Source: Patescibacteria group bacterium
GTDB taxonomy: Bacteria > Patescibacteriota > Patescibacteriia > UBA10025 > JAHIVO01
Direction: 5' to 3'
Assembly (NCBI GenBank): GCA_041660605.1
Contig: JBAZWB010000001.1
Coordinates: 9,295-73,294 of the forward strand
Length of the DNA: 64,000 nt
Shown: positions 1 through 13,831 of the stretch, piece after piece
Numbering within the stretch: position 1 is the first letter of the stretch
Layout of the letters: every line of letters starts with the position of its first letter
The notes under the pieces: model-generated
Seen by the model: only the letters and a program-made list of their open reading frames with translations
Told to the model about the DNA's origin: nothing
Database searches by the model: none
Position numbers and translations under genes: made by a program

Positions 1-657
1 GAAGTGGAGATTCACGTATTAGGCTATGCGAATAATTTTGATTTGAAGATAATTAGAAACAAACTGCAGTTCGTAGTTGAGAGTTATAATCAGCGCATTA
101 GGAAAGTGATAAAATTGCTTCAAGGTACAAGTGAAACCAAGTTGGATTTTGATCAAATTCGCCAGACAAAATCAAAGTTTGATTCTATCACTAAATATGA
201 TATTGCTAAGGCCTTATGCGGGGAGCGAGGCTGGCCACCGACCAAGCAGTTACAATTACTGAATTTGATGAATCGGGGAGGGCACGCTTTTGTGCCTTAT
301 AGTAACGACCTTTATTCTCCACACGATGCTTGTAAAATTATCAAGCAGGCTGGTGGGGTGTGTGTTTTGGCCCATCCAGCTGCCTATATTAAGAAGACAA
401 AGCCTGGTCTGGATAAAAATCAAATTGAGGAGCTAATAAAAGAATTGATCGAAATTGGATTAATTGGCCTGGAAGCTCATTATCCTGCCTATACGCCAGA
501 ACAAGAACAATATATATGCGGATTGGCGAAACGATTTAATCTAATAACAGTTGGTGGGTCGGATTGGCACGGTCCGTATCATCACCCGGAAAGAATATTC
601 GGTATGGTGGGGACTACTCAGGAAGAATTTGAAGCTATTAAGGAACTAATAAAGTAA
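1..657 (+). CDS. PHP-domain phosphoesterase, C-terminal part; the reading frame is open to the window edge, so it is probably 5'-truncated
   Basis: PHP-family His motifs (LAHPAAY, LEAHYPAY, GGSDWHGPYHH); ORF runs 4..657 in frame from position 1. Confidence 0.55.
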   Translation, partial: EVEIHVLGYANNFDLKIIRNKLQFVVESYNQRIRKVIKLLQGTSETKLDFDQIRQTKSKFDSITKYDIAKALCGERGWPPTKQLQLLNLMNRGGHAFVPYSNDLYSPHDACKIIKQAGGVCVLAHPAAYIKKTKPGLDKNQIEELIKELIEIGLIGLEAHYPAYTPEQEQYICGLAKRFNLITVGGSDWHGPYHHPERIFGMVGTTQEEFEAIKELIK

Positions 658-794
658 TATAAGTTTTTTGATATCAGAGGTTAGATGACCCTTGACTTTT
701 TATGTTAAAAATGTAAAATATAGCATTAAAGTAATCAGCACTTTGACTTGTTAATAAGTAGAAATAACAATACACGCATTGGAGGATTGTAATA

Positions 795-1781
795 ATGAAG
801 ATCGCTGTAGTAATCGGTGGAGGCAGCTGTCCCGGCATAGCGCCCTTAGTGTATTACTTGCACAGTAAAGCAAGGCAAGCAGGGCACAGCATTCATTTCT
901 TCAGAGGGTGGGACGGTCTGAAGCTTGGACAGCCGGCGTCAGTTTCTCCTGACGTAACCTTTCTCGTCAAGCCAGGCTCACCGATAGGCACCTCACGGTA
1001 TAATCTTACTGGCGAGGATATTGCCTCTATGAAGAGCCAGCTCGCGGAGTTTGGGGCAATAATCGCCGTTGGCGGCAATGATACCCTGAGCGTCCTGACG
1101 CGCTTGTTGGAATTCCAGGGCATACGCATTGCGGTGCCAAAAACCCTCGACAATGACCTGATGGGCACGGACTACACTCTCGGGCATTGGTCGGTAGTGG
1201 AATATCTGGTGGGTGCGATTTTACGCGCCCGTTATTCGACTCTGGATCACCACCGATTTTTGGTGGTGGAGACTATCGGTCAAGACGCCGGCTGGGTCGC
1301 GCTAAGAGCTGGCCGGGCAGTAGGCGCGGATTCCATCATCATTCCTGAGATGGGAGTGTCTTTGCCGGACGTTGTTAAAGCTATCGCAGAGCGGCCAACA
1401 GGATTGGTGGTCTTGACCTCGTCAGCGCGGATTTTGGGCCTGGAAACTCCAGAGGCTGAAGTGACAGCAGGTGATGGTTTTGGCAATCCTCACTATGAGG
1501 ACCGCCGGATCGGCCATTTATTGGCTGCCCGTATCCATGCTGAATTCGGCTTTGATGCCCGCTGCGAAGTTTTGACCGATTCGGTCAGAGGCGGCAGCAC
1601 ATCGTCATTTGATCTGTTGCTGGCACAGCGCTTTGCCAACTCCGCCATCAATGTCCTGAGCAGGCTCGGTCCGAACAAATGCGTGATGCTTGGTCTCAAG
1701 GGTTATCGCATTGAGATGTCTGTTTTGGACCAGGCTCCGGGCCGCAAATTTGTCGCAGCGGAAGATATACTGGCTCTTTAG
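795..1781 (+). CDS. pfkA: 6-phosphofructokinase (ATP/PPi-PFK family)
   Basis: N-terminal GGGSCPG, GGNDTLSV and PKTLDNDL motifs typical of the PFK family; RBS GGAGG 8 nt upstream; about 56% GC, unlike its neighbours. Confidence 0.8.
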   Translation: MKIAVVIGGGSCPGIAPLVYYLHSKARQAGHSIHFFRGWDGLKLGQPASVSPDVTFLVKPGSPIGTSRYNLTGEDIASMKSQLAEFGAIIAVGGNDTLSVLTRLLEFQGIRIAVPKTLDNDLMGTDYTLGHWSVVEYLVGAILRARYSTLDHHRFLVVETIGQDAGWVALRAGRAVGADSIIIPEMGVSLPDVVKAIAERPTGLVVLTSSARILGLETPEAEVTAGDGFGNPHYEDRRIGHLLAARIHAEFGFDARCEVLTDSVRGGSTSSFDLLLAQRFANSAINVLSRLGPNKCVMLGLKGYRIEMSVLDQAPGRKFVAAEDILAL

Positions 1782-1893
1782 CCTTTTTGGCATCGAGCCA
1801 CGGGCTGTGGTTATGGTAAAACATAACTTCAGCCTTTTTTATTTGCTTAAGTGTAAAAAAAGAATTATAATATTAGCAACTTAGGCATTTTAT

Positions 1894-3303
1894 ATGGCAT
1901 TAAAAAAAATTTACGGCCTGAAAAAAATTGGCAATAAAGAAAAGAAAAAGATTTTAGATATTGCCAAAGGTTCAGCGGCGCTAAATGGGGCCGGTGAGAT
2001 TTCTGTTGTGGAGAATCCTAATTATATTTATCCCCGCTACAGCTTTTATCCTTTGGCCGATAAAATTCAGCAACCACTTGCCCAGTTAAAAGGGGTAGTC
2101 ACTGATATGGACGGGACTACCACTACCACGGAAGTTCTCTGTATCAATTCTTTGGAATATATGGTCAGGGTAATGACCGGCCGCGAAGAGGCGATAAAGT
2201 GGACTGGGCTTGATCATCTGAAAGATTATCCTCATATTATAGGCAACAGTACGACCAAGCATGTGGAATATCTGCTGAAAGCGTACGGGAAGTTTATCCG
2301 GCCTTTATTTGTTAAACGGTCTTTTATTAATGCCGGCGTTTGGACATTAGTTGCCGGCCAGGACGAAAACCGGCGCAGGGAAGTGAGTAATAATATTCAG
2401 GTGTTTGGCGCCGCTGGGTTATTAAAAGAGCCATTGGTTTTAGCTCTGCAAAAACACCGTCAGGTTACAGCAGAGGCGGCAAGAAGAGTAGCAAAAAAAT
2501 TGGAGAAGAGATACCTCCTCAAACTGAAAATAACCACCCAGAATGATTTAGTCAGGGCGGGCGTGGATATTTATTATCAGCGCTATCATTATATATTGGG
2601 AAAAATTGATCAGGGAAAAGGCAAAACGATTCGGAAATCATTGGGCCTCACCCGCCATTTAATTGAGCCGATGCCGGGTATTGGGATTTATTTATCTTTA
2701 TTAAGGGGGTGGCTAGGGAAAGATTTGGTTAAGTTTTATCCATATTTAGAGGCGCATCTATTAAGTAACCGCTATTTGCGATATTCAAAAAAATATTTAA
2801 GCACCTGTAAAAAAAATCTTGGGCAGATCGGCGCTTATTATGCAAAAAATCCCGTGCCTATCGCTATTGTTACTTCTTCCATCGAGTATGAAGCCAGAAT
2901 TGTATTAAATGAAGTGTTTAAAGAAATCAGGCGGCAAATAGCTGAATGGCCGTTATCGGCAGGCAAAAAAGAGAAGTTAAAAAAATATTTTTCTGATTAT
3001 AAAAATATTTACAATGGTTTTATTACTGCCTCTGATTCCAGCGAAATAAGGTTAAAGCCGCACCGGGACCTTTTTTCGTTAGCCTTGCACCAGTTAGGGA
3101 TAGGGCCACGGGACTTTAAATATGTTATCGGTTTTGAGGACAGTGAATCCGGCCTATTAGCTATCCGGGCGGCAGGCATCGGCAAAAGCATCGCCGTACC
3201 GTTCACAGATACCCTGGGTCATGATTTGAGTTCGGCCAATATCATCCTTTATGGTGGAATACCAGAAGCCATTTTGATACACCGGACATTTGTGAAAATA
3301 TAA
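1894..3303 (+). CDS. HAD-superfamily hydrolase-like protein
   Basis: DxDGT motif (VVTDMDGTTTT) and a C-terminal GFEDSESG motif; very low GC (about 33%). Confidence 0.55.
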   Translation: MALKKIYGLKKIGNKEKKKILDIAKGSAALNGAGEISVVENPNYIYPRYSFYPLADKIQQPLAQLKGVVTDMDGTTTTTEVLCINSLEYMVRVMTGREEAIKWTGLDHLKDYPHIIGNSTTKHVEYLLKAYGKFIRPLFVKRSFINAGVWTLVAGQDENRRREVSNNIQVFGAAGLLKEPLVLALQKHRQVTAEAARRVAKKLEKRYLLKLKITTQNDLVRAGVDIYYQRYHYILGKIDQGKGKTIRKSLGLTRHLIEPMPGIGIYLSLLRGWLGKDLVKFYPYLEAHLLSNRYLRYSKKYLSTCKKNLGQIGAYYAKNPVPIAIVTSSIEYEARIVLNEVFKEIRRQIAEWPLSAGKKEKLKKYFSDYKNIYNGFITASDSSEIRLKPHRDLFSLALHQLGIGPRDFKYVIGFEDSESGLLAIRAAGIGKSIAVPFTDTLGHDLSSANIILYGGIPEAILIHRTFVKI

Positions 3304-3366
3304 TAAAAAAGCGCTGACCGTGGTCGGTCGGCGCTTCAGCTTCGATTGATTACGAAAGATCATTGG

Positions 3367-4395
3367 TTACACAAGAACTGATTGTGCTTTTGATAGCGAC
3401 TCGATTACCCGAGTCAGCTCATGCATAGTAACGGTCGCAGTGCCAATCTTGCCCACTACGACAGCCGCTGTGTAGGCGGACAGTTTTACCGCGTCAATCA
3501 GCTCGATGTTGCTGGCTAAGGCCAGTGAAATGGTGCCGACAACGGTATCGCCTGCGCCAGAAACGCAAATAGCGTTTTGTTCCAAGGCAGGGATGTGATT
3601 AACGGCACCATCGGTGGTGACCAGGGTCATGCCTTCATTATCGCGCGTCAGCAGGACGTTTGTGCCGATTTGCTCAGCCATATGTCTGGCGATTAATTCA
3701 GCAGACTGATGGTCATCAGGGATAGCCTTCCCGAGAAGCGTGGCCGCCTCTTTTCGGTTTGGCGTAATCAGATAGGCACCCTGCAAGCAGGTAATGTCGA
3801 AATTATCCTTGATATGGACATCGACGATTACTTTTTTGCCCTGTTGGGAGCATATTTCAATCGTCCGCCTGATAAGCTCCGGACTGACCATGCCGCGATT
3901 GTAGTCGGTGATGACGACGATTGAGTACCCATTGCCCATCAGGGTATTGATGACCTTTTCGATAACCCAGGGGGCTACCACTTCTCTAGACTCTCGGGCA
4001 ACGCAGAGGAGTTGAGTATCGCCGTCAAGAAAACGTTCTTTTTTGGTAGTCGGCCTCTGAGGGTCAATTACCATTGAATCCGTGTCGATTTCGTGCTTTC
4101 TCAGCAACTCTCGCAGCTCTATGCCAGTGGTGTCCATCCCGATAACACCGATGAGTTTCGATTTGCCGCCAAGAGCAGCTATATTGGCAGCGACGTTACC
4201 CGCGCCGCCTGGCATTGTTTCCTTTCTTGTGGTCTGGATGACTGGTACCGGCGCCTCGCTGGAGGTTCTTTCATTAGAACCGAAAGTAAAAGCGTCAAAA
4301 ATCACGTCCCCGATTGTCGTTACCTCACCTCGAGAAGTTTCTATTTGTTTGGCAAGGTTCAGCAGATGCACTGTGTTGTTCACATTCCCCTCCAA
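3367..4395 (-). CDS. PfkB/ribokinase-family sugar kinase (resembles HldE/RfaE domain I)
   Basis: GGAGNVAANIA and VSGAGDTVVG motifs of the ribokinase fold; downstream of a nucleotidyltransferase in the same orientation. Confidence 0.7.
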   Translation of the reverse strand: MEGNVNNTVHLLNLAKQIETSRGEVTTIGDVIFDAFTFGSNERTSSEAPVPVIQTTRKETMPGGAGNVAANIAALGGKSKLIGVIGMDTTGIELRELLRKHEIDTDSMVIDPQRPTTKKERFLDGDTQLLCVARESREVVAPWVIEKVINTLMGNGYSIVVITDYNRGMVSPELIRRTIEICSQQGKKVIVDVHIKDNFDITCLQGAYLITPNRKEAATLLGKAIPDDHQSAELIARHMAEQIGTNVLLTRDNEGMTLVTTDGAVNHIPALEQNAICVSGAGDTVVGTISLALASNIELIDAVKLSAYTAAVVVGKIGTATVTMHELTRVIESLSKAQSVLV

Positions 4396-4482
4396 AGTTC
4401 GAATATGAGTTTGAAGCGTTTGCAGTTTTAGGCAATATACCGTTTATTTTTTAACCGTATACTCCTTAAAACATCAAACAAT

Positions 4483-5319
4483 TTATTTTTTCCAATCTTT
4501 CAGCACTTCCTCGTATATTTCCGGAGTGCCGACGTCGTACCATTGGCCTTCGAACAGGTAGCCATAGAGCAGGCCTTCGTCTGCCAGCTGGGGGAAGACG
4601 TCTTTTTCCAGCATGGAGTAGCCTTTTTTAATGATGTATTTGAGGATGTCGGGGTTAAAAACAAAAAGTCCAGCATTAATCAGATGCGAGGTGATGTTTT
4701 TGTTTTCCGGTTTTTCATTGAATGAAACAATTTTGTTTCCGCGCAATTTGACCACGCCGAAATCAAAAGGCTTGTTGCTGGAGGAGATCGCCAGGGTAGC
4801 CACACCGCCGTGCGACTGATGATATTTGACTACGTCCTTAATATTGATATCAATCAGTACATCGCCGTACATCATGACAAATGGCGCCCGTTCAAAATAT
4901 TTTCTGGCTAAGCGCAGGGGAGTGGCCGTGCCTTGCTCCTGTTTTTCTTTTATATAAGTGATCTTAACGCCAAACCGGGAGCCGTCTCCGAAATGCGCGA
5001 CGATTTTTTCGCCAAGATGTCCGATAAGAATATAAATGTCTTTGAAGCCGCTTTCCCTAAGCGTTTCAATTGAGTACTCGAGTATCGGCTTGCCATGGAC
5101 GGGGATTAAAGTCTTCGGAATTTCGTAAGTGAACGGCCTCATATTTATTCCCCGGCCGGCTGCCAAAATAAAAGCGCGGTTAATTTTTGGTTCCAGTGAT
5201 TGACTTAGTAAGTATTCAATGGCGTGAGAACGGTTCCTGATGCGCGCACCGTCAATCACCCCATCTATCAGGGGGAGTAGGTCTTTTTTTAGGGTTATCG
5301 TCAGTCTTTTCCTGTCCAT
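4483..5319 (-). CDS. Sugar-phosphate nucleotidyltransferase with an N-terminal ribbon-helix-helix-like domain
   Basis: ILAAGRGINMRP...KTLIPV NTP-transferase signature, preceded by about 45 aa that look RHH/CopG-like (RLTITLKKDLLPLIDGV...RNRSHAIEYLL). Confidence 0.6.
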   Translation of the reverse strand: MDRKRLTITLKKDLLPLIDGVIDGARIRNRSHAIEYLLSQSLEPKINRAFILAAGRGINMRPFTYEIPKTLIPVHGKPILEYSIETLRESGFKDIYILIGHLGEKIVAHFGDGSRFGVKITYIKEKQEQGTATPLRLARKYFERAPFVMMYGDVLIDINIKDVVKYHQSHGGVATLAISSSNKPFDFGVVKLRGNKIVSFNEKPENKNITSHLINAGLFVFNPDILKYIIKKGYSMLEKDVFPQLADEGLLYGYLFEGQWYDVGTPEIYEEVLKDWKK

Positions 5320-5473
5320 AATTTTATTTGATCAATATTCATCATACATCATCATACGTTATATGCAATATAGTTATCCACATATCATAGCATATTAGGC
5401 TAAAATTAGCTTAAATAACAATAAAAACACCATACTCTTTACCTGGTGGTACGTGTTATTAATCTATAGATTG

Positions 5474-6145
5474 TCAGTCTTCTATATTACTATTCTCTGG
5501 GCTAGCTTGTTGTATTGCGCTAATTTTTTGGGGATAAATTATATTATTGAATAATACCCCCTCAATTTTATACTCGATTTCTGGATTTGTAGATTTTATT
5601 GCAGAGCCAAAAAGATTGATTTTATTAATTTCACCTGTTGGCTGCGAATCATTGGGATAAAAATAGTATCCGGAGTAAGAATCATTTACCTCAGCACCAG
5701 CCGACGTCTCTGATTTTATATGTCCCTGCGACTGAATATGCTTTTCCAGATACATTTTGACGGCTTCGGGGAACTGCAAATACTGCTCCTGCGTCAGCAG
5801 ATATTCAAAGAAGACGGGATCATCATTATTTATATAATCTTCAAGCCATTGGTTCCTTTCTACGGCCGTATCAACCATATTATTCTTGATGTTTTTTTTC
5901 TGCCAGCTGGCGCCATATCGGTACTGGCGGTTATAGTTCAATAGTTTTTCTGTAAGCGTTTGATTTTTTACCGACTCGGAGGCCTTATTCACATGCATGA
6001 CCAGGTTAATCAAAATTAAAGTGGCACCGACAAATAATGCCAATAATAATAAAAAAATAATCAGGAGTTTATGGATTTTTTTACCTTTTTTAATAGTAGG
6101 ATCAATAGGTCCTGGGGTAATTTTCTTTTTACTTTTAGCCGCCAT
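5474..6145 (-). CDS. Membrane-anchored hypothetical protein
   Basis: N-terminal Lys-rich segment followed by one TM helix (LLIIFLLLLALFVGATLILINLV); no recognised domain. Confidence 0.4.
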   Translation of the reverse strand: MAAKSKKKITPGPIDPTIKKGKKIHKLLIIFLLLLALFVGATLILINLVMHVNKASESVKNQTLTEKLLNYNRQYRYGASWQKKNIKNNMVDTAVERNQWLEDYINNDDPVFFEYLLTQEQYLQFPEAVKMYLEKHIQSQGHIKSETSAGAEVNDSYSGYYFYPNDSQPTGEINKINLFGSAIKSTNPEIEYKIEGVLFNNIIYPQKISAIQQASPENSNIED

Positions 6146-6349
6146 TTAGATTTGTATGAATTAATATACTCATTTTAGCATTTATCTCAGATAAAATGTA
6201 CCTTGATATTTTAATGTAGAAAACATTAATACAAATCAGAAAGATCTTACTATAGACTAACACTTAACCTTGACATAATAGTCTTCTTTTGTTACAGTAA
6301 CCCGATTAGTTTGTGTTCTTTTTTACATTTTTAACAACGGAGTAATGCT

Positions 6350-7861
6350 TTGGAGAAAATTATATTGGCGACCAGAGATGACTTACTCCGTACTGTATCA
6401 GAGTTCGGAGGAGAAATCATAGGCGATCCACCACCGCCATCTGGCTACGGCTACCATCCGAGGGCCATGGCCGAGACCGCCGCTAATCGCCTTCGGTTGC
6501 GTGAGTTAAGTAAGCAAGCGAGGAGCGGATTATTGATTAATGGGGAAGTTATACATATTTCTCCTGAACTCTATGAACGATTGTACATCGGTAAACGGGT
6601 ACCACTGACGATGTACCATGATGAACGTCACCCGGCAGTAACGCTTTTACCGGCCTGGAAGCAAGAAAATATTGTTGATCATTTTTCTGATCCAATCGGC
6701 TTCGAGCGAATGCGTCTGTGGTTTGGCTCCTTCGATTTCTTTATTCAAGAAGACAGTTGGTTGGAGCAGGTACTCTGTACTCCACCATTCTGGCGAATGG
6801 GGAGCATTGTCCAGCTCGGTAACTTGGTCGCTCCGCTGCCGATTGGTCTGCGGTCAGATCAGGAAATTGTCTTCCTGGGAGAGCCATTCAGACATACGCG
6901 GTGGATTCACTCGCGGCTTGCGGCAGCCATGGCTGAAGTGCTGCTTGCTCGACTCGGCTTTTCTTCCGTCGAACGCGCGTCTATCGTACTGGCAATCGCT
7001 TACCACGACATCGCCATACCGGCGGGTGGAGATGCGATAAAACGCATTGATCCGTGGTTTCTCAATGAGGAGCGGAATTTCGCCTGGGTATTGCAGCAGT
7101 ATGGCCTGGATAAGAAGTGGGAGAGGCAGTATGGCTTTGACCTCCAGCAGGCAGCGGCCTGGGTGCGCAATGAAGGCATGCCTGGCTTCCTCTTGGATTT
7201 TTTAGACAAGCTGTCCTATGTGACGCTCGATTGCCATGCACTTGGTCTCCAGCGTGATGGCCAGACGCGCCGCTTCTGCCTGGAGCACCAGCTCTTCGCT
7301 GATGTCTGGCTCGACCTGCAGTGTTCCGAAGATCGTCATCGTCTGGCTTTCACTGATCCGCGCCGGCTCTGCAATTTTCTGATGGCACGGGCGCATGCCT
7401 CAAGCGAATTGTATTACAATCCGTTTGCCAGGACATATGATTACTTACTGACTGAGGTTGTCGGTGAACTGTACAAGCATGGGCTGGTTACCTGGCAAAA
7501 TCTGGTGACCTGGAGTCAAGATGAGTTGTTGCGGGTTATCGAGAAGAAGAGTCGTCTTTTCCACTCGCTGCGTAAACTACTCGATACCATACCGAATATC
7601 TTGGAACCGCAGCAGCTGGATTTCCGGTGGTTTCCGACCGAGGAGGAGCGCGACGCTTTTGCGGCAACACTTGGAGATCGTTTGCACCACCGGGATAAGA
7701 CCAAGCCCTTCACCACATGTCTTGACTGGCCGGTCTTCACTGACCCGGACAAGCGCCTGACGACAGCTCCGCTCCATTCGTTCCTTTCTGATCAGCAGAT
7801 CTTTGAGCTTGAGTGGCTCGCTCGCTCCAGGGCCGGCTACTATGTCTACTACCGCAAGTAA
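6350..7861 (+). CDS. HD-domain (metal-dependent phosphohydrolase-like) protein
   Basis: H...HD...D arrangement (RHTRWIHSRL ... LAIAYHDIAIP ... RIDP); TTG start with GGAG 9 nt upstream; about 57% GC. Confidence 0.5.
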   Translation: MEKIILATRDDLLRTVSEFGGEIIGDPPPPSGYGYHPRAMAETAANRLRLRELSKQARSGLLINGEVIHISPELYERLYIGKRVPLTMYHDERHPAVTLLPAWKQENIVDHFSDPIGFERMRLWFGSFDFFIQEDSWLEQVLCTPPFWRMGSIVQLGNLVAPLPIGLRSDQEIVFLGEPFRHTRWIHSRLAAAMAEVLLARLGFSSVERASIVLAIAYHDIAIPAGGDAIKRIDPWFLNEERNFAWVLQQYGLDKKWERQYGFDLQQAAAWVRNEGMPGFLLDFLDKLSYVTLDCHALGLQRDGQTRRFCLEHQLFADVWLDLQCSEDRHRLAFTDPRRLCNFLMARAHASSELYYNPFARTYDYLLTEVVGELYKHGLVTWQNLVTWSQDELLRVIEKKSRLFHSLRKLLDTIPNILEPQQLDFRWFPTEEERDAFAATLGDRLHHRDKTKPFTTCLDWPVFTDPDKRLTTAPLHSFLSDQQIFELEWLARSRAGYYVYYRK

Positions 7862-7978
7862 ACTCCAGCAGATGAACATTGCGTTCACTACTGGAGTTTT
7901 TTATTTTGCAATAGTTGCAATTATTATAAATCAAAAAACGCCTCTACATAGTAGAAACGTCTTTTGTTAATTCCGGCA

Positions 7979-8093
7979 ATTGCCTACTTTCCCCACGGAT
8001 TGCCCCGTAGTATCATCGGCGTAACCAGGCTTAACTTCTGAGTTCGGGATGGGATCAGGTGTGACCCTGGCACTTAAATCACCAGAGGCCAGG
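7979..8093 (-). rRNA. rrf: 5S rRNA
   Basis: Reverse complement reads ...CACACCTGATCCCATCCCGAACTCAGAAGTTAAGCC...GCCGATGATACTACGGGG...TGGGGAAAGTAGGCAA, which matches 5S consensus blocks. Confidence 0.85.
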
Positions 8094-8261
8094 AAATAAA
8101 ATGTTTTATTTCCTACGCCTCTTCAGTTTTGGCGATTTACGGTTTTAATGGCGTCAGATAGAATACGGCGCCAAAAAATAAGATAACTAGAATGAATATG
8201 AACACTAACTGACCATTTTTTACGTTATGCATTTTTGATTTTGCTATAAAAATTCAGTCTG

Positions 8262-11412
<3,151 letters not shown>

Positions 11413-11796
11413 AACACTGAACTTTTCGTTTAGTTATTTTAGTTCGAAAGATGCTTACGTTACCTTATATTACTACTAAATTGTTAAGGTTCCTTGCCAA
11501 CAACTGAGATTCCGACCAGCTATACATTATATATAGCGTTCCGATATTTCAGTTTTGGCAAATTAAGTACTGGTGACCCCGCTACTCCACTTCACTGCGT
11601 TCAGTCTCAGACCCTTCGATTCGCCTACGGCTCACTCAGGGTTGTTACCCTCGCTACGCTCGGGTAACAAAAATCCCGCGGGTGCGGGATAAAATCGGCA
11701 CTAAGATAAATTACGATTTTACCCGCTTTTTGTAGTTAATATTAAGTTTATTTGCATATATATTTGCTTGTGGATTAACTGTTAATTTCAGTGTAG

Positions 11797-11832
11797 TTCA
11801 GTATAACCTTATTGCCGGCGGGTGTCAAGTTA
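11797..11832 (-). promoter_or_regulatory. sigma70-like promoter for the 23S-5S operon (TTGACA-N17-TATACT on the minus strand)
   Basis: Minus strand reads GGTAACTTGACACCCGCCGGCAATAAGGTTATACTGAACT about 390 nt upstream of the mature 23S 5' end. Confidence 0.45.
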
Positions 11833-12308
11833 CCATTTTATAGGCATTTTTACGTAATTTTCATTAAATTTATTAACACATATAGAATTACTAATTATTA
11901 TATGAACAAATTGACAAATTATTTTATCGGCGTTACTTTTTAATCAGATTGTAGGCGTTACATATTGTGATGTTCATTTCAGGAGGTATTTATGCCATTG
12001 AATACGCACTTAGGCCAAAGCACAAATGAATTGGTTATTATCGGAGCGCTGATGTGCCATGGAGATCCCCGCGTGGCTATACACGTTTTAGCTGTGACTG
12101 GAGATCCGGAGTTAGCAGTAAATACTGCCATAGACGCTAATCTCGTCTTTGATTCAATGTCCGACATAGCAGGCGATGACGATTGCGACTGAAGGTTCAC
12201 GAAGATTTTTTTGGCAAAATCAAACCTGGCGATTTAATTTGTCAGGTTTTTTATTAAATTAAATAATAAAACACCCCCGACCGGAATCCGGTCAGGGGCA
12301 TAGTTGAA

Positions 12309-13595
12309 TCAAAGGGCGTTGCTGCCAATATCAGGGCGGTAGTAGGCGCCGTCAAAGCTGATGAGCGCAGCAGCTCGGAGGGCCCGCGATAAGGCCTCCT
12401 GTAATGTTCGGCCAATGGCAGTGACGATGAGTACGCGGCCGCCGTTGGTAATGAGCTGTTGTTCATTGTTATATGCAGTGCCGGCCTGCATGACAACCAC
12501 GCTTTCAATCGCTTCGGCTGCTTCGATGCCCGTGATCAGTTTGTCCTTTTCATACGTGCCAGGGTAACCATCGGAGGCGATGACCACGCCGGCGACATAC
12601 TGATCGGAAAATTGAATATCCAATTCGCCGAGCGTTCCATTGACGCAGGCCAGGACAATATCCAGGAACGGCGTGATGAGCAAGCGCGCTATGGCCTGCA
12701 TTTCCGGATCACCGAACCGGGCATTGACTTCGAGTACCATCAGCCCCTCTTCGGTCTGCATGAAGCCAACGTAGAAACAGCCGCCAAACTGACGTCCTTC
12801 CGCTTTCATCGCGAGCAGTAACTGCTGGACAATAGTATTCACATCGTCCATCAAGGGATCAGTCCAGGCAAGAGGTCCGCATACGCCCAGGCCGCCAGTC
12901 ATGGTGCCGGTATCGCCTTCGCCGCTGTATTTGTAGTCCTGGACAATAGGCAAGACGGTGAAGTTGTCATCACTGACGATAACCATGGCGGAGAATTCCT
13001 TTCCTTCTAGGAATTTTTCGATGACCACCTGGTTGCCGGCATTGCCAAAGGAGCGATCGACCATAATGATCTTCAGGGCAGCCTCAGCTTCGGCCAGGGT
13101 TCGACAGACGAGCGCACCCTTTCCCAGCGCCGGACCGCTGACTTTGATAACGCAGGGGTAGTCGACGGTATGAACATAGTCAAGAGCTGTTTGGTAATCA
13201 TCGAAAACGCGGAACGGCGCAGTGGGAATGTCGTGTTTTTCCATCAACCCTTTGGCAAAGGCTTTTGACAGTTCGATCTCAGCTGCGACGGCTGGCGGGC
13301 CGAACGCCTTGATGCCAGCGGCCTGGAATTTGTCGATGATGCCGAGGCCCAGCGGATCTTCCGGGCCGACGATAACGAGGTCGATGTTTTGCCTCTGAGC
13401 CAAGTCGAGCAGGGCATCGACTTCATGCGCCTTAATCTTAATATTGACGCATTTCGGCAGTCTGAGAGTGCCGGCATTGCCCGGGGCAATGAAAATGGTG
13501 TCAATATCTTCCAATGATTGCGTGATCAGAAGCCACACAATGGCAAATTCTCTGCCGCCGCTGCCAACAACCAGGATTCTTTTTCCTGTCCGCAT
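12309..13595 (-). CDS. purD: Phosphoribosylamine--glycine ligase
   Basis: N-terminus MRTGKRILVVGSGGREFAIVW and an ATP-grasp architecture; full-length 428 aa. Confidence 0.88.
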   Translation of the reverse strand: MRTGKRILVVGSGGREFAIVWLLITQSLEDIDTIFIAPGNAGTLRLPKCVNIKIKAHEVDALLDLAQRQNIDLVIVGPEDPLGLGIIDKFQAAGIKAFGPPAVAAEIELSKAFAKGLMEKHDIPTAPFRVFDDYQTALDYVHTVDYPCVIKVSGPALGKGALVCRTLAEAEAALKIIMVDRSFGNAGNQVVIEKFLEGKEFSAMVIVSDDNFTVLPIVQDYKYSGEGDTGTMTGGLGVCGPLAWTDPLMDDVNTIVQQLLLAMKAEGRQFGGCFYVGFMQTEEGLMVLEVNARFGDPEMQAIARLLITPFLDIVLACVNGTLGELDIQFSDQYVAGVVIASDGYPGTYEKDKLITGIEAAEAIESVVVMQAGTAYNNEQQLITNGGRVLIVTAIGRTLQEALSRALRAAALISFDGAYYRPDIGSNAL

Positions 13596-13831
13596 TACAT
13601 CCTCTTTCTTTATATGGGTTTATTAAGGTTCCTTATTAATTTTTATTGTCTTATCTTACTATATTAGGCTAAAAAGGCAAATGTTATCTTTAGTGCCTAT
13701 TTTTTTATATCATTAAATTTCCCCGACATCTTTTGCAGGGGGCAGCTTTAATATTATGTATCAGCAGTAATATGCAGTTTGGCCTGGCCGGATAATTGTA
13801 TTTCTCTTCGGGCGGCAGAGCCTGCCGCGTT

